From Pyrobaculum aerophilum str. IM2 (lineage in GTDB: Archaea; Thermoproteota; Thermoprotei; Thermoproteales; Thermoproteaceae): a stretch of DNA of 32,000 nt. The notes beneath the pieces are model-generated. The model was given only the letters and a program-made list of their open reading frames with translations. It had not been told where the DNA came from and did no database searches. The position numbers and the translations under genes are program-made. The DNA lies in NCBI RefSeq assembly GCF_000007225.1, contig NC_003364.1:300001-332000 (forward strand). Reading direction: 5' to 3'. Numbering within the stretch: the stretch's first letter is position 1; each line of letters opens with the position of its first letter. Shown here piece after piece: positions 7,026 through 15,402 of this stretch.

Positions 7026-7775
7026 TCAACGCCTGGCTATGCACCTCTCGGCCACTTGTCTAAGCTCTTTTACTAACACCGGGTTTTTCATCAGCGCAGT
7101 GCCTATTAAAACGCCCCTAGCGTATAGAGAGCACGCCCTTTCCACTTCCTCCGGCCGTGAAAGCCCGCTTTCAATTATAAACTCGACGTCTCCCCTCAGC
7201 GCCTTAGCCACTTCAAAAGCCCTCTGCACGTTAGTCTCAAGCGTCTTGAGATCCCGCGAGTTTATGCCGATGACGAGCCTCCCGCCCCACGTCGCCACTT
7301 CTTTGGCGTCTTGTACGTTGTCGATCTCAACCACTGGGGTCAGCCCCAGCCGTTGCGCATACTCGGCGAGCTCCATAGCCCTCTCCCTTTCCACGAGGCG
7401 GTATATAATCAGAACTGCGTCTGCGCCGTAGCCATACGCCGCCTCTATCTGCCTCTTGTCTATAACAAAGTCTTTCATTAAGACTGGCTTGAAGGCCTTG
7501 GCTATGGGAATAAAGCGGTAGTCGCCTAAAAACCAGAAGGGCTCTGTGAGGACGGAAAAGGCAGAGGCGTATTGGTATACCTGGGCGAAGTAGGCCCAAG
7601 GCGGGAGGTCGAGGCGGATAACTCCCCGCGGCGACGCCCTTTTGTACTCGGCAATTATTCCAAATTCCCCAAGGGATTTTATAAAATCTACTAATGGCAG
7701 AGATCTGGCAGGCGGCGGGGGCTCTGTGGCTAGGCGGAGTTCAACTGTTCTCTTCACCTCAGTGAGGAAGTCCAC
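7026..7775 (-). CDS. trpC: indole-3-glycerol-phosphate synthase
   Basis: Contains the EYKRASPRG motif (E-x-K-x-ASPS-x-G type), SVLTEPFWFLG, KDFVIDKRQI and GINSRDL. 249 aa, GTG start. Confidence 0.85.
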   Translation of the reverse strand: MDFLTEVKRTVELRLATEPPPPARSLPLVDFIKSLGEFGIIAEYKRASPRGVIRLDLPPWAYFAQVYQYASAFSVLTEPFWFLGDYRFIPIAKAFKPVLMKDFVIDKRQIEAAYGYGADAVLIIYRLVERERAMELAEYAQRLGLTPVVEIDNVQDAKEVATWGGRLVIGINSRDLKTLETNVQRAFEVAKALRGDVEFIIESGLSRPEEVERACSLYARGVLIGTALMKNPVLVKELRQVAERCIARR

Positions 7776-7793
7776 GTCTTCGACATATGCCTG

Positions 7794-7809
7794 CTTTATA
7801 TTTTTAAAC
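7794..7809. promoter_or_regulatory. single A/T (TATA-like) box shared by divergent trpC and YhhQ-like genes
   Basis: CTTTATATTTTTAAAC is centred about 26 nt from GTG 7775 (minus strand) and about 28 nt from ATG 7829 (plus strand), within a 53-bp spacer. Confidence 0.4.
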
Positions 7810-7828
7810 AGCCTCTTGCGGCGGTGTT

Positions 7829-8491
7829 ATGCTCGCGTTAATTGAGGCGTGGGCGTTCGGCGTAGTGCTCTATTTGTTCTACTTATTCCTACTCTGGCTC
7901 TGGAAGGAGCGCGTTGAGACCGTGTTAGTCGGCCTTTTCTTCGGGACGTTGACAGCTGCGCAGTTTATTGCCAACAAACTGGTGGATTTTGGCGTAGGCG
8001 TGGCGCCTGCAGGCACTGTCATTTTTATGACTAACGTCGCAATTCTTGACGTCATGGCTCTATATTACGGGAGGGCCTTTGCGCTCAGGGCGGTTAGACT
8101 CGGCTTCTTTTTCCAAGCGGCAGTCGCCTTTGCCGCCTGGTCTGCCTCTGTTTTGCCACCTCCGGAGTGGTTTGCATCAAGGGCTGCGGTGGTAGACAGC
8201 GTTATTGCCCCCTCCGCGAGAATAGCCGTAGCCTCCCTGACAGCTTATATAGTGTCCTCCACTGTGGACGTGTATATTGTCACGAGGTGGCCGAGGCTAC
8301 ACGTCTTGTTGAGGGCGTATAGCTCTTCTGTCGTGGCGCAAGTAGTTGACACGCTAGTGTTTATATCCCTAGCCTTTGGGCCCGAGGTAGAGATCATCGC
8401 GGGGCAGGTATTAGTTAAGTGGCTTCAAATCCCCCTTGAGGCCTTGTTAATATACGGCGCCAGGAGGTACGTGGCGACTATTAAAAAATAA
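7829..8491 (+). CDS. YhhQ/DUF165 (VUT-family, queuosine-precursor transporter-like) membrane protein
   Basis: IANKLVDFGVGVAPAGTVIFMTNVAILDVMALYYGRAFALRAVRLGF and SSTVDVYIV...VVAQVVDTLVFISLAF resemble the YhhQ signature regions as I remember them. About 6 TM segments. Confidence 0.65.
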   Translation: MLALIEAWAFGVVLYLFYLFLLWLWKERVETVLVGLFFGTLTAAQFIANKLVDFGVGVAPAGTVIFMTNVAILDVMALYYGRAFALRAVRLGFFFQAAVAFAAWSASVLPPPEWFASRAAVVDSVIAPSARIAVASLTAYIVSSTVDVYIVTRWPRLHVLLRAYSSSVVAQVVDTLVFISLAFGPEVEIIAGQVLVKWLQIPLEALLIYGARRYVATIKK

Positions 8492-9281
8492 TCCTCAACA
8501 GGCCTCCGGCAATGGCGAGGAGGCCAATTACGACGTTTACCAACACGACGTGCTTACTCTTAGCGAATTCAAGCAGTGCTTTAATTGTAATAATGCTTAT
8601 GACAATCCCTATGGCCATTGCCAAGAGGGCTTCGGCTGTTGCCACCGCGCCGCCCTCTGAGAGATATGCCAGAGCTGTGGCGCCGAGTCCCGCCACGGGC
8701 ACTAACACGAAAGAAGCCCTGAAGGCCTCCTCTGGCTTGTAGCCCAGCAGGAGCAGAGCAGTAACTGTAGCGCCCGACCTGCTAAGCCCCGGGAGCACTG
8801 AGACCGCTTGCGCTATGCCCACAATCGCCATGTCTCGTAACGACATATTGTCAAACGCCTTAAGTCCGGCTGAGAAACGCGCCCTTTGTAAAAAGACGGC
8901 GTTTAACACAACGGCGAGGCCCAGCACTATCATTAAAAACCCGGCGCTGTGGCCCACAACTAGCCATTTTCTCGCCACGTAGTACAAGGGCAATCCCACT
9001 ACTGCCGTGACTAAAGTGGTGACGAGTATGTAGACAAGCCACCTCCTCCCCTCCGCATCGCCGACAAACCCCCTCAGCGCTTTTAAATAAACCCCTCTGA
9101 AATAAATCAATGCCGCCAGCACAGAGGCTGCCTCGAGGAACAGCCCGAGGGAGTAGGCGTATTCCGGCGACGCATTTAAAAGCCATATTGACACCAACAT
9201 AATCTGCGTCTTGCTACTAATTGGCAACCACTCCGAGATCCCTTGGACGACTCCGAGAATTGCCGCAACGCCGAGGTCCAT
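8481..9281 (-). CDS. uppP: undecaprenyl-diphosphate phosphatase
   Basis: GISEWLPISSKTQ (GxxExLPxSSxxH-type) and PGLSRSGATV motifs. Polytopic, 266 aa. Confidence 0.9.
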   Translation of the reverse strand: MDLGVAAILGVVQGISEWLPISSKTQIMLVSIWLLNASPEYAYSLGLFLEAASVLAALIYFRGVYLKALRGFVGDAEGRRWLVYILVTTLVTAVVGLPLYYVARKWLVVGHSAGFLMIVLGLAVVLNAVFLQRARFSAGLKAFDNMSLRDMAIVGIAQAVSVLPGLSRSGATVTALLLLGYKPEEAFRASFVLVPVAGLGATALAYLSEGGAVATAEALLAMAIGIVISIITIKALLEFAKSKHVVLVNVVIGLLAIAGGLLRIIF

Positions 9282-9293
9282 GGAGCCGCTCTG

Positions 9294-9310
9294 TTATATA
9301 TTATAAAAAC
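9294..9310. promoter_or_regulatory. A/T block serving divergent uppP and the 9321 gene
   Basis: TTATATATTATAAAAAC lies in a 39-bp spacer. The left half is centred about 24 nt from GTG 9321, and the right half about 24 nt from ATG 9281 on the other strand. Confidence 0.4.
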
Positions 9311-9320
9311 ATTTGGTAAA

Positions 9321-9794
9321 GTGTTCGCAGTAGTTACTAATTGTACCGCCAGCAAGCTCAAAGTGGCTGGCCCTGCGAGGGAGTTGTACACAGGGCCCTC
9401 TGTTCAGAGAGTTGTGAGAGTCGTCGACGAGGCTAGATCGCGGGGAATTCCGGCAACGCTTTATATTATTTCTGCCCGCTACGGCCTCGTACATGAAAAC
9501 GACATAATAGAGCCTTACGATGAGACTCTCAGCGGGAAGAGGCCGGAGGAGATAAAAGCCTGGGCGCGGCGGACGGGGCTACACGCGGCGTTTCAAAAAA
9601 TAGCCGATGTGGCAACAGTAATATTAGTGGTCTCTAAGCCGTATTACATTGCCGTTGAAGACGTGGCGTGTCAAAGCGATATTTACGTACTGGCCCCGTA
9701 CAAGGCGTGTGGAAAGTGGATAAAGACTGGCAACTTCAACAAACACCTCGTCTTGAGGAAGCTTTTATTCAGCCTCTGGAGCAAGAGGGGCTGA
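9321..9794 (+). CDS. conserved hypothetical protein (DUF6884-like by recollection)
   Basis: The ORF is open from 9243, but that stretch overlaps uppP and the promoter block, whereas the in-frame GTG 9321 fits the A/T box. The pattern CTASKL..PARELYTGPS...IISARYGLVHENDIIEPYDETL...W resembles the DUF6884 family as I remember it. Confidence 0.6.
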   Translation: MFAVVTNCTASKLKVAGPARELYTGPSVQRVVRVVDEARSRGIPATLYIISARYGLVHENDIIEPYDETLSGKRPEEIKAWARRTGLHAAFQKIADVATVILVVSKPYYIAVEDVACQSDIYVLAPYKACGKWIKTGNFNKHLVLRKLLFSLWSKRG

Positions 9795-9849
9795 TCAGCA
9801 CCCCCTACCCGTGCTCATTAATCGCTGAGGGGGCCACTAAACACATCAC
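9795..9849 (-). ncRNA. second, weak C/D box sRNA candidate (tandem to the next one)
   Basis: The minus strand reads GUGAUGU-GUUUAGUGGCCCC-CUCA-GCGAUUAA-UGAGCA-CGGGUAGGGGGUG-CUGA. The spacing is acceptable (13-nt guides), but C, D' and C' all deviate from consensus. Confidence 0.25.
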
Positions 9850-9879
9850 TGTGTAATAATACGAGGGGGTTAAAAACCT

Positions 9880-9933
9880 CTTTCAGCAAAGGGTGAGCTC
9901 GTCAATTTTCGGACACTGGCGGCTCATCACGTC
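9880..9933 (-). ncRNA. C/D box sRNA
   Basis: The minus strand reads GUGAUGA(C)-GCCGCCAGUGUC(12)-CGAA(D'; CCGA if shifted 1 nt)-AAU-UGACGA(C')-GCUCACCCUUUG(12)-CUGA(D). C and D are perfect and the spacing is the canonical 12/3/12. It is intergenic. Confidence 0.7.
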
Positions 9934-10027
9934 GGCGTAGGATGCCTTCTTCACCCTCTCAGGCCGAGTTTATTCGTCATCTTAAAATTCGCGGAAAATA
10001 ATTTATAGCTTTTAAGTTGCCTTTATT

Positions 10028-11182
10028 GTGATTCCAATTAGCGTAATGGTTACTGGCGTCGGCACGACGTCTTTTAGAGTCAAGGGGAGGTTTGGCGTGG
10101 ATAAACCCAGTGATTTCTCGGCGCCTTTTAGGCCAATTGTCAGTTGGAATATCACGAGGAGGTGTAATCTGAAGTGCGTCCACTGTTATATTGACGCGGG
10201 GCTTGCGGAGCCCGGCGAGCTCAACACTAAAGAGGCTCTTGACGTAGTTGATCAAATGGCTGAGGTGGGCGTTCCTCTCATTTTATTCACGGGCGGAGAG
10301 CCGTTGACGAGACCGGATTTTTTTGAAATCGCCGAATATGCAAAAGACAGGGGGATTAAACTAGTTCTGTCCACTAACGGCACTTTAATAACGCCGGAGG
10401 TCGCAAGGCGGCTGAGAGAAGTGGGGGTAGTATATGTCGGAGTTAGCCTCGACTCAATTAGCGCGGATTTTCACGACAAATTCAGAGGCGTCACCGGCAG
10501 TTTCGCCGCTGCGCTCGCTGGGATAAAAAACGCCCTCAACGCCGGGCTGGACGTGGGGCTTAGGTTCGTGGTAACAGCTAAGAATATTCACGAGGTTGGC
10601 CAGTATATTGACTTCGCCGCCTCTCTTGGGGTAAGGCGTATAACGTTTTACCACCTTTCCGCGGCCGGGAGGGCGCAGAGGCTGTCAGAGGACTGGTGGT
10701 ATACGCCTCAGCAGTACAAACAGTTTATTGAGACGTTAATCTCTAAGGCGAGGGAATACGCGGGGAGGATTGAAATTGAAACTACTCTCGCCCCGTTTGA
10801 CGGCATTTACATAGCCTTGACCGTGGGGGGAGGCGACGTTAAATACTTAGAGTTCGTCGAGTCGACGGGAGGCTGCGGCAGGAAGATCATATCTATATAC
10901 CCTAACGGCGACGTGTATCCCTGTCAGTTCATAGACTTTTACCGGCTAGGCAACGTGCGGGAGAAAAGGCTCAAAGAGATTCTGAAGCCAGAACGGCTGG
11001 CGCCCTTCGTGGAGACGGATAAGTTCCTAAGGGGGACGAAGTGCTCCGCCTGCCAATTTAAAAAATTCTGTAAAGGGGGAGACAGGGCTAGGGCGTATTA
11101 CTTAACTGGCGATATGTTCGGTGATGATCCCCTGTGCCCCATACCGTCTATATTTAACAATGCGACTCAAAGTGGCAACTAG
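10028..11182 (+). CDS. radical SAM/SPASM enzyme of the AhbC/AhbD (NirJ-like) haem-synthesis family, tentatively AhbC-like
   Basis: [15 protein letters not shown] (CX3CX2C), the GGEPL motif, and the C-terminal motif [10 protein letters not shown]-x21-C. The long N-terminal leader resembles NirJ. GTG 10028 lies 26 nt from the A/T box AAAATAATTTATAG (9996-10008). The gene overlaps the hemC start. Confidence 0.85.
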
Positions 11183-12053
11183 GGGGAGCAGATTGAGCCT
11201 TCTGCAGACGGAGGAGTTCTTAGCGCAGATAAAGGCAGTTGAGCCGCGCGTGGATTTTGAGATTAAGATCGTCAAAACCACGGGGGATTTAGTACAAGAC
11301 AAGCCTCTGTTTCAAATAGGCGTCAAGGGGATTTTTGAAAAAGAGGTTAACCTCGCCGTTTTAAAAGGCGAGGCCGACATTGCCATTCACTCATTAAAAG
11401 ACCTCCCCTCCGAGATCTCCCCAGGGCTCGTCCTTGCAGGTTTCTCCAAGAGGACTTTGCCGTATGACGCAGTTGTCAGCGCCGTCGGCTATGACTTAGA
11501 GAGCCTCCCGAAAGGGGCTCTTGTCGGCACGTCCAGCGTGCGGCGGGCGGAGTTTATTAAATCGTTGAGGCCCGACGTGAGAATTGAGCCTCTGAGGGGC
11601 AACGTGGACACTAGAGTGCAGAAAATTCTTCAAGGCAAGTATGACGCCGCAGTTATGGCCGCCGCCGGCATATTGAGGCTTTACGGGGAGTCGCCCCCCG
11701 TAAAGCTCTCACTACTCCGCCCAGAGTTGTTGCCTCCCCCGCCGGGCCAGGGCATTGTGGCGGCGGTGGTCAGGGAGGGAGAGGGCTGGCTGATTGACTT
11801 ATTGAAAAAAGCCAGCGATCCGAGGGCCACAGTGGAGGCACTCGCCGAGAGGGAGTTTTTAAAGAACGTGGGGGCTGGATGCCACGTCGCCGTGGGGGGG
11901 ACAGCGTTTAGTAGAAACGGCTATATTGAATTCATTGCTGGCTACGCCGCGAGTGGAAAGAGGTTTGTGGTAAAGCTCTTCGGCGAGGATCCGGTTGAAG
12001 TGGGGAGACGCGCCGCCGAGGAGATCAAACGAGTCGCCGCTAGCGTTAGATAG
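11160..12053 (+). CDS. hemC: porphobilinogen deaminase (hydroxymethylbilane synthase)
   Basis: [19 protein letters not shown]..., [30 protein letters not shown] and [10 protein letters not shown]. The start is taken at ATG 11160, which overlaps the preceding gene by 23 nt. Confidence 0.93.
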
Positions 12054-12056
12054 TAT

Positions 12057-13028
12057 CTAATCCTCGGCTACTTTTTCTACTCTTTTACCCATCTCCATAC
12101 CCCCTAGGAAATCCTTTACGCTGTATAGAAGCTTGTACTCAGAGACGCCAAGGCCTTTCAGGGCATTTCTGACGTAATCCTCTATGACTTGTCTCGAGAC
12201 TCCATGGACCATGAAGTAACAGGGATACTCCCACCTCCCAGGCACTGTATTCCTCAACACGACGTGAGTGGAAATGGGCAACATGGCAATGTCTTCACAT
12301 TTAATATCTCTCATAACCACCATGGCGTTTTCTTTAAAGCCGACTTTTTCCCCGTCAAGAGTGGCGTGGAGATCGCGGAGGACGCCGAGCTCTATCAACT
12401 CTTTAATTTTGCGGAGGGCCTCTTGCACCGAAACGCCGAGGATTTGAGCGGCCTCTTTAAAAGGCTCCGGCGTTAGCGGCAGGGATTTTATTTTGCCGAA
12501 AAACGCCATGGGCACGCCGGCTTGCGATATGCTGGGAGGGCTTTCCGGCATTATATACCCCCGCGTCCAGGAGATGCCCCTGCGGAGGTCAAATCTGACG
12601 TCTACTTTATAACTCCTCAGAGAGTACAGGATAATATACTCCAGGCCGAATTTCTTGGCGACTGCGGCGACTTTAGACTCAAGCTCTTCTTTTGTCTGCG
12701 CCTTTGTCACAAACCAGAGGTTATACGGCTTGTAATCCCGCTGGAAGTTATGGCTCACATAGGGGTCTTTGTTGACCTCGGCGGCCACGTCCTCAATAAT
12801 ATTCTCAGGGACGGCCATTCCCACAAGAGCCGCGATAAGCCCCCGGCTTCTGTAATTTAAAATCGCCCCAATCCTTTTCAGAATTCCCTCAACCACGGCC
12901 TCTCTCAGCCTGTTTATCACCCACTCCTCGCTGGCGTTAATTCTTTCGGCGACAGCTAGAAAAGGCCTTTCAACTAGCGGGAAGTTATACTGCACTTCCA
13001 TTAATAAGTCAATTGTTTTGGCGTCCAT
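12057..13028 (-). CDS. ahbAB: siroheme decarboxylase, fused AhbA-AhbB (NirD/L/G/H-like, two Lrp/AsnC-type modules)
   Basis: Two tandem modules. Each has an N-terminal wHTH-like part (FPLVERPFLAVAERINASEEWV... and LPLTPEPFKEAAQILGVSVQEAL...) followed by an alpha/beta part. 323 aa. Haem-locus context. Confidence 0.8.
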   Translation of the reverse strand: MDAKTIDLLMEVQYNFPLVERPFLAVAERINASEEWVINRLREAVVEGILKRIGAILNYRSRGLIAALVGMAVPENIIEDVAAEVNKDPYVSHNFQRDYKPYNLWFVTKAQTKEELESKVAAVAKKFGLEYIILYSLRSYKVDVRFDLRRGISWTRGYIMPESPPSISQAGVPMAFFGKIKSLPLTPEPFKEAAQILGVSVQEALRKIKELIELGVLRDLHATLDGEKVGFKENAMVVMRDIKCEDIAMLPISTHVVLRNTVPGRWEYPCYFMVHGVSRQVIEDYVRNALKGLGVSEYKLLYSVKDFLGGMEMGKRVEKVAED

Positions 13029-13043
13029 ATGAGAACTCTGTTT

Positions 13044-13068
13044 TGTATTATTATCTTTTTATAAAAAG
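13044..13068 (-). promoter_or_regulatory. A/T-rich promoter region of ahbAB containing the perfect palindrome CTTTTTATAAAAAG
   Basis: The palindrome is at 13055-13068. An A/T run begins at 13044, 20-35 nt upstream of ATG 13028. Confidence 0.4.
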
Positions 13069-13196
13069 GCGATAATCCGACTGTGTAATTGCCTAGAGGG
13101 CTGAGAGCGGCGATCCCGTAGCATATTTAATTTTAAAAGGTAGTAGATCCCGAGGACAGCTCCGCCTTTTATATAACGTCTTCTGAGCGGTTTTGA

Positions 13197-13447
13197 GATG
13201 AGGGAATGCGGCTTTTAGAGAGGGGGGATTACAGATAAGCTGGGGAGAAGCTTTGGAACTCCGTAGTGCAGGCAGTTAAGGCTGTTGCAGAAATGGGGGA
13301 TTGCGCCACGACTCGCATAGGTTGGTGTGGACAGCTGTAAGGTGCATCTCTCAAAAGACTAACGACGCGGCGTATATAAGGCTATTTGCCGAGGCAGAGC
13401 AATTACGCCAAAACTTCTACGAGGGATGCCTCGAGGAGTATGAGTGA
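13197..13447 (+). pseudogene. decayed PaREP1-family gene
   Basis: Frame 0 reads MRLLERGDYR*AGEKLWNSVVQAVKAVAEMG, with an in-frame TAA at 13236-13238. After a G5 run (13295-13299) the homology continues in another frame: LRHDSHRLVWTAVRCISQKTNDAAYIRLFAEAEQLRQNFYEGCLEEYE*. The N-terminus is truncated. It aligns with the intact copy at 2385-2807. Confidence 0.7.
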
Positions 13448-13491
13448 AAATACTCGCGTAGTCGGCTAATGAGTTACGGAAAAAAGCCCTT

Positions 13492-14502
13492 TTAAAAAGG
13501 TGAGCCCTCTTTCAACCACCTCGCCGCCTCTAACGCGTGGTACGTTAGTATTAAGTTGGCGCCTGCCCTCTTTATCGCCGTAAGTATCTCCAGCGTTACT
13601 ACGCGCTCGTCTATATAGCCGAGGGAGGCGGCGGCTTTCACCATGGCGTACTCCCCTGATACGTTGTAGGCGGCTAAGGGGGCCCAGGGGTAGTGAGTCT
13701 TCACGATTTTAATGACGTCTAAATACGCCAGCGCCGGCTTTACCATAACTATATCCGCCCCCTCTTCCAAGTCTAACATTACCTCCTTCACCGCCTCATA
13801 GGCGTTTCTGGGATCCATTTGGTAAGTCCTCCTATCGCCAAATTTAGGCGCCGAGGCAGCGGCCACTCTGAAAGGCCCGTAAAACGCCGAGGCGTATTTG
13901 GCGCTGTAGGCCATAATCCCCACGTCGTGAAACCCATGGGAGTCCAGCGCCTTTCTTATCTCCGCCACTTGTCCATCCATCATGCCACTAGGCGCGACGA
14001 AGTCCGCCCCCGCGTCTGCATACGCCACAGCCTCTTTTGCGTATAGTTTTATAGTCTCGTCGTTGTCCACGTACCACCTCCCCCTCCTCTCCCTCACAAC
14101 GCCGCAGTGGCCGTGTTCTGTATACTCGCAGAGACATACGTCGGCGAATATTAATAACTTGTCGCCAAACGCCTCTTTTAAAAGGCGGATTGCCTTGGGA
14201 ACAACCCCCTGGGGGTCGTAGCCTGGAGAGCCTTGGGCGTCTTTTACTTCGTCTGGAACAACGCCGAATAAAATCACTTTGTTTACTCCTAGGGATAGGG
14301 CCTCCTCAACGTGTTTCACCAACTCCTCGCCAACGGGCCATCTGTACTGCCCGGGCATTGAGGAGATGGGCTCCCTCGGCCCGGAAGGCTTGACAAATAT
14401 AGGATATATAAAATCGCTTGAATCCAGCGAGGTCTCCGCCACTGCTTCCCTAATGAGCTTGCTCGCCCTAAGCCTCCTAGGCCTTGTAACTGGAAATCTC
14501 AT
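13492..14502 (-). CDS. hemB: porphobilinogen synthase (5-aminolevulinate dehydratase)
   Basis: RPRRLR...DFIYPIFV, the Cys-rich DVCLCEYTEHGHCG, VAPSGMMDG, YSAKYASAFYGPFR and MVKPA. Confidence 0.95.
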   Translation of the reverse strand: MRFPVTRPRRLRASKLIREAVAETSLDSSDFIYPIFVKPSGPREPISSMPGQYRWPVGEELVKHVEEALSLGVNKVILFGVVPDEVKDAQGSPGYDPQGVVPKAIRLLKEAFGDKLLIFADVCLCEYTEHGHCGVVRERRGRWYVDNDETIKLYAKEAVAYADAGADFVAPSGMMDGQVAEIRKALDSHGFHDVGIMAYSAKYASAFYGPFRVAAASAPKFGDRRTYQMDPRNAYEAVKEVMLDLEEGADIVMVKPALAYLDVIKIVKTHYPWAPLAAYNVSGEYAMVKAAASLGYIDERVVTLEILTAIKRAGANLILTYHALEAARWLKEGSPF

Positions 14503-15155
14503 GATTTATGTGAAGTATTTACAAATTTTGACAGTATCTCCCTCCCCCTCGCCAGCGCCTCTGCCGTCTTGCCGTTTTTCACTAACGTCATAAATGCCTC
14601 ATCTCCGCTCAGGGCTTGATAAAAGCTCAGCCTAGCCCTCACATCCGCTATGGCTTCTTTCGCCTCCTTTTTTAACTGTCTATACACCTCATAAAAAGTA
14701 GGTATCCAACTACGCTTAATGCAGTCCTCTATTACTTCAAGTGATAGCCTGGCCGGCGTGCCAGCGGCGCCTTCGCTCGTCACGGCGACGCGTATACCCT
14801 CTATCGCCCTCTCGTATGGCACCACTACGTGAGTCCGCGCGGCGTCAGTGGCATCGTTTACAAGCTTGCCCATGGACTCGGCCAGTTTAAACAGCCTCTC
14901 GGCCAGCTGGGGATTGTCCACAGCAATAACGACTATGTCAGCCCAGAGTATATCGCCCGCCGGGTCGTAGCTGTTTAAGTCGACAATCTTTACCTCAACC
15001 CCCATCCCCCGCAGTTCGGGAGAGATCTCCCTCGCCAACACCCTCACCTTCTCGCCGGCAGAGGAGAAAAACTTGGCCCGACGCGTGCCGACTGAACCCC
15101 CGCCGAATATGACGACTTTCATCCTAGAAGCCTCTACCCACAAGGGAATTTTCAC
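14499..15155 (-). CDS. sirC: precorrin-2 dehydrogenase / sirohydrochlorin ferrochelatase (SirC/Met8/CysG-N type)
   Basis: N-terminal Rossmann motif VVIFGGGSVGTRRAKFF. 218 aa. A 4-nt ATGA overlap with hemB. Confidence 0.85.
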   Translation of the reverse strand: MKIPLWVEASRMKVVIFGGGSVGTRRAKFFSSAGEKVRVLAREISPELRGMGVEVKIVDLNSYDPAGDILWADIVVIAVDNPQLAERLFKLAESMGKLVNDATDAARTHVVVPYERAIEGIRVAVTSEGAAGTPARLSLEVIEDCIKRSWIPTFYEVYRQLKKEAKEAIADVRARLSFYQALSGDEAFMTLVKNGKTAEALARGREILSKFVNTSHKS

Positions 15156-15182
15156 ATTGGGAAAAAAGAGGGGGTTTATTAA

Positions 15183-15380
15183 TTACGACAGACCAATTAG
15201 CTGTTTGACGGCATCTACCAATCCGTTTATGACGTTGTTAGTCGCGTTGCGAAAGCCTAAAATTTGGCTGACGGCGTTTTGCACAACTCCCGTCACAGTC
15301 AGAGCAAAGGCGCTAATCAACGCAATTGCGACGAGCAGTAATAACACCTCCTCCACTAACACCGCGCCCCTCAGCCTCAC
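15183..15380 (-). CDS. small class-III-signal-peptide (archaeal type IV pilin-like) protein
   Basis: GTG start. MRLRG|AVLVEEVLLLLVAIALISAF has a basic n-region, Gly at -1, Glu at +5 and a hydrophobic helix. A short polar tail carries an NAT sequon. The plus-strand ORF over the same DNA reads as junk. Confidence 0.5.
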   Translation of the reverse strand: MRLRGAVLVEEVLLLLVAIALISAFALTVTGVVQNAVSQILGFRNATNNVINGLVDAVKQLIGLS

Positions 15381-15402
15381 GTTTATACAGAGAGTTTAAA
15401 AC

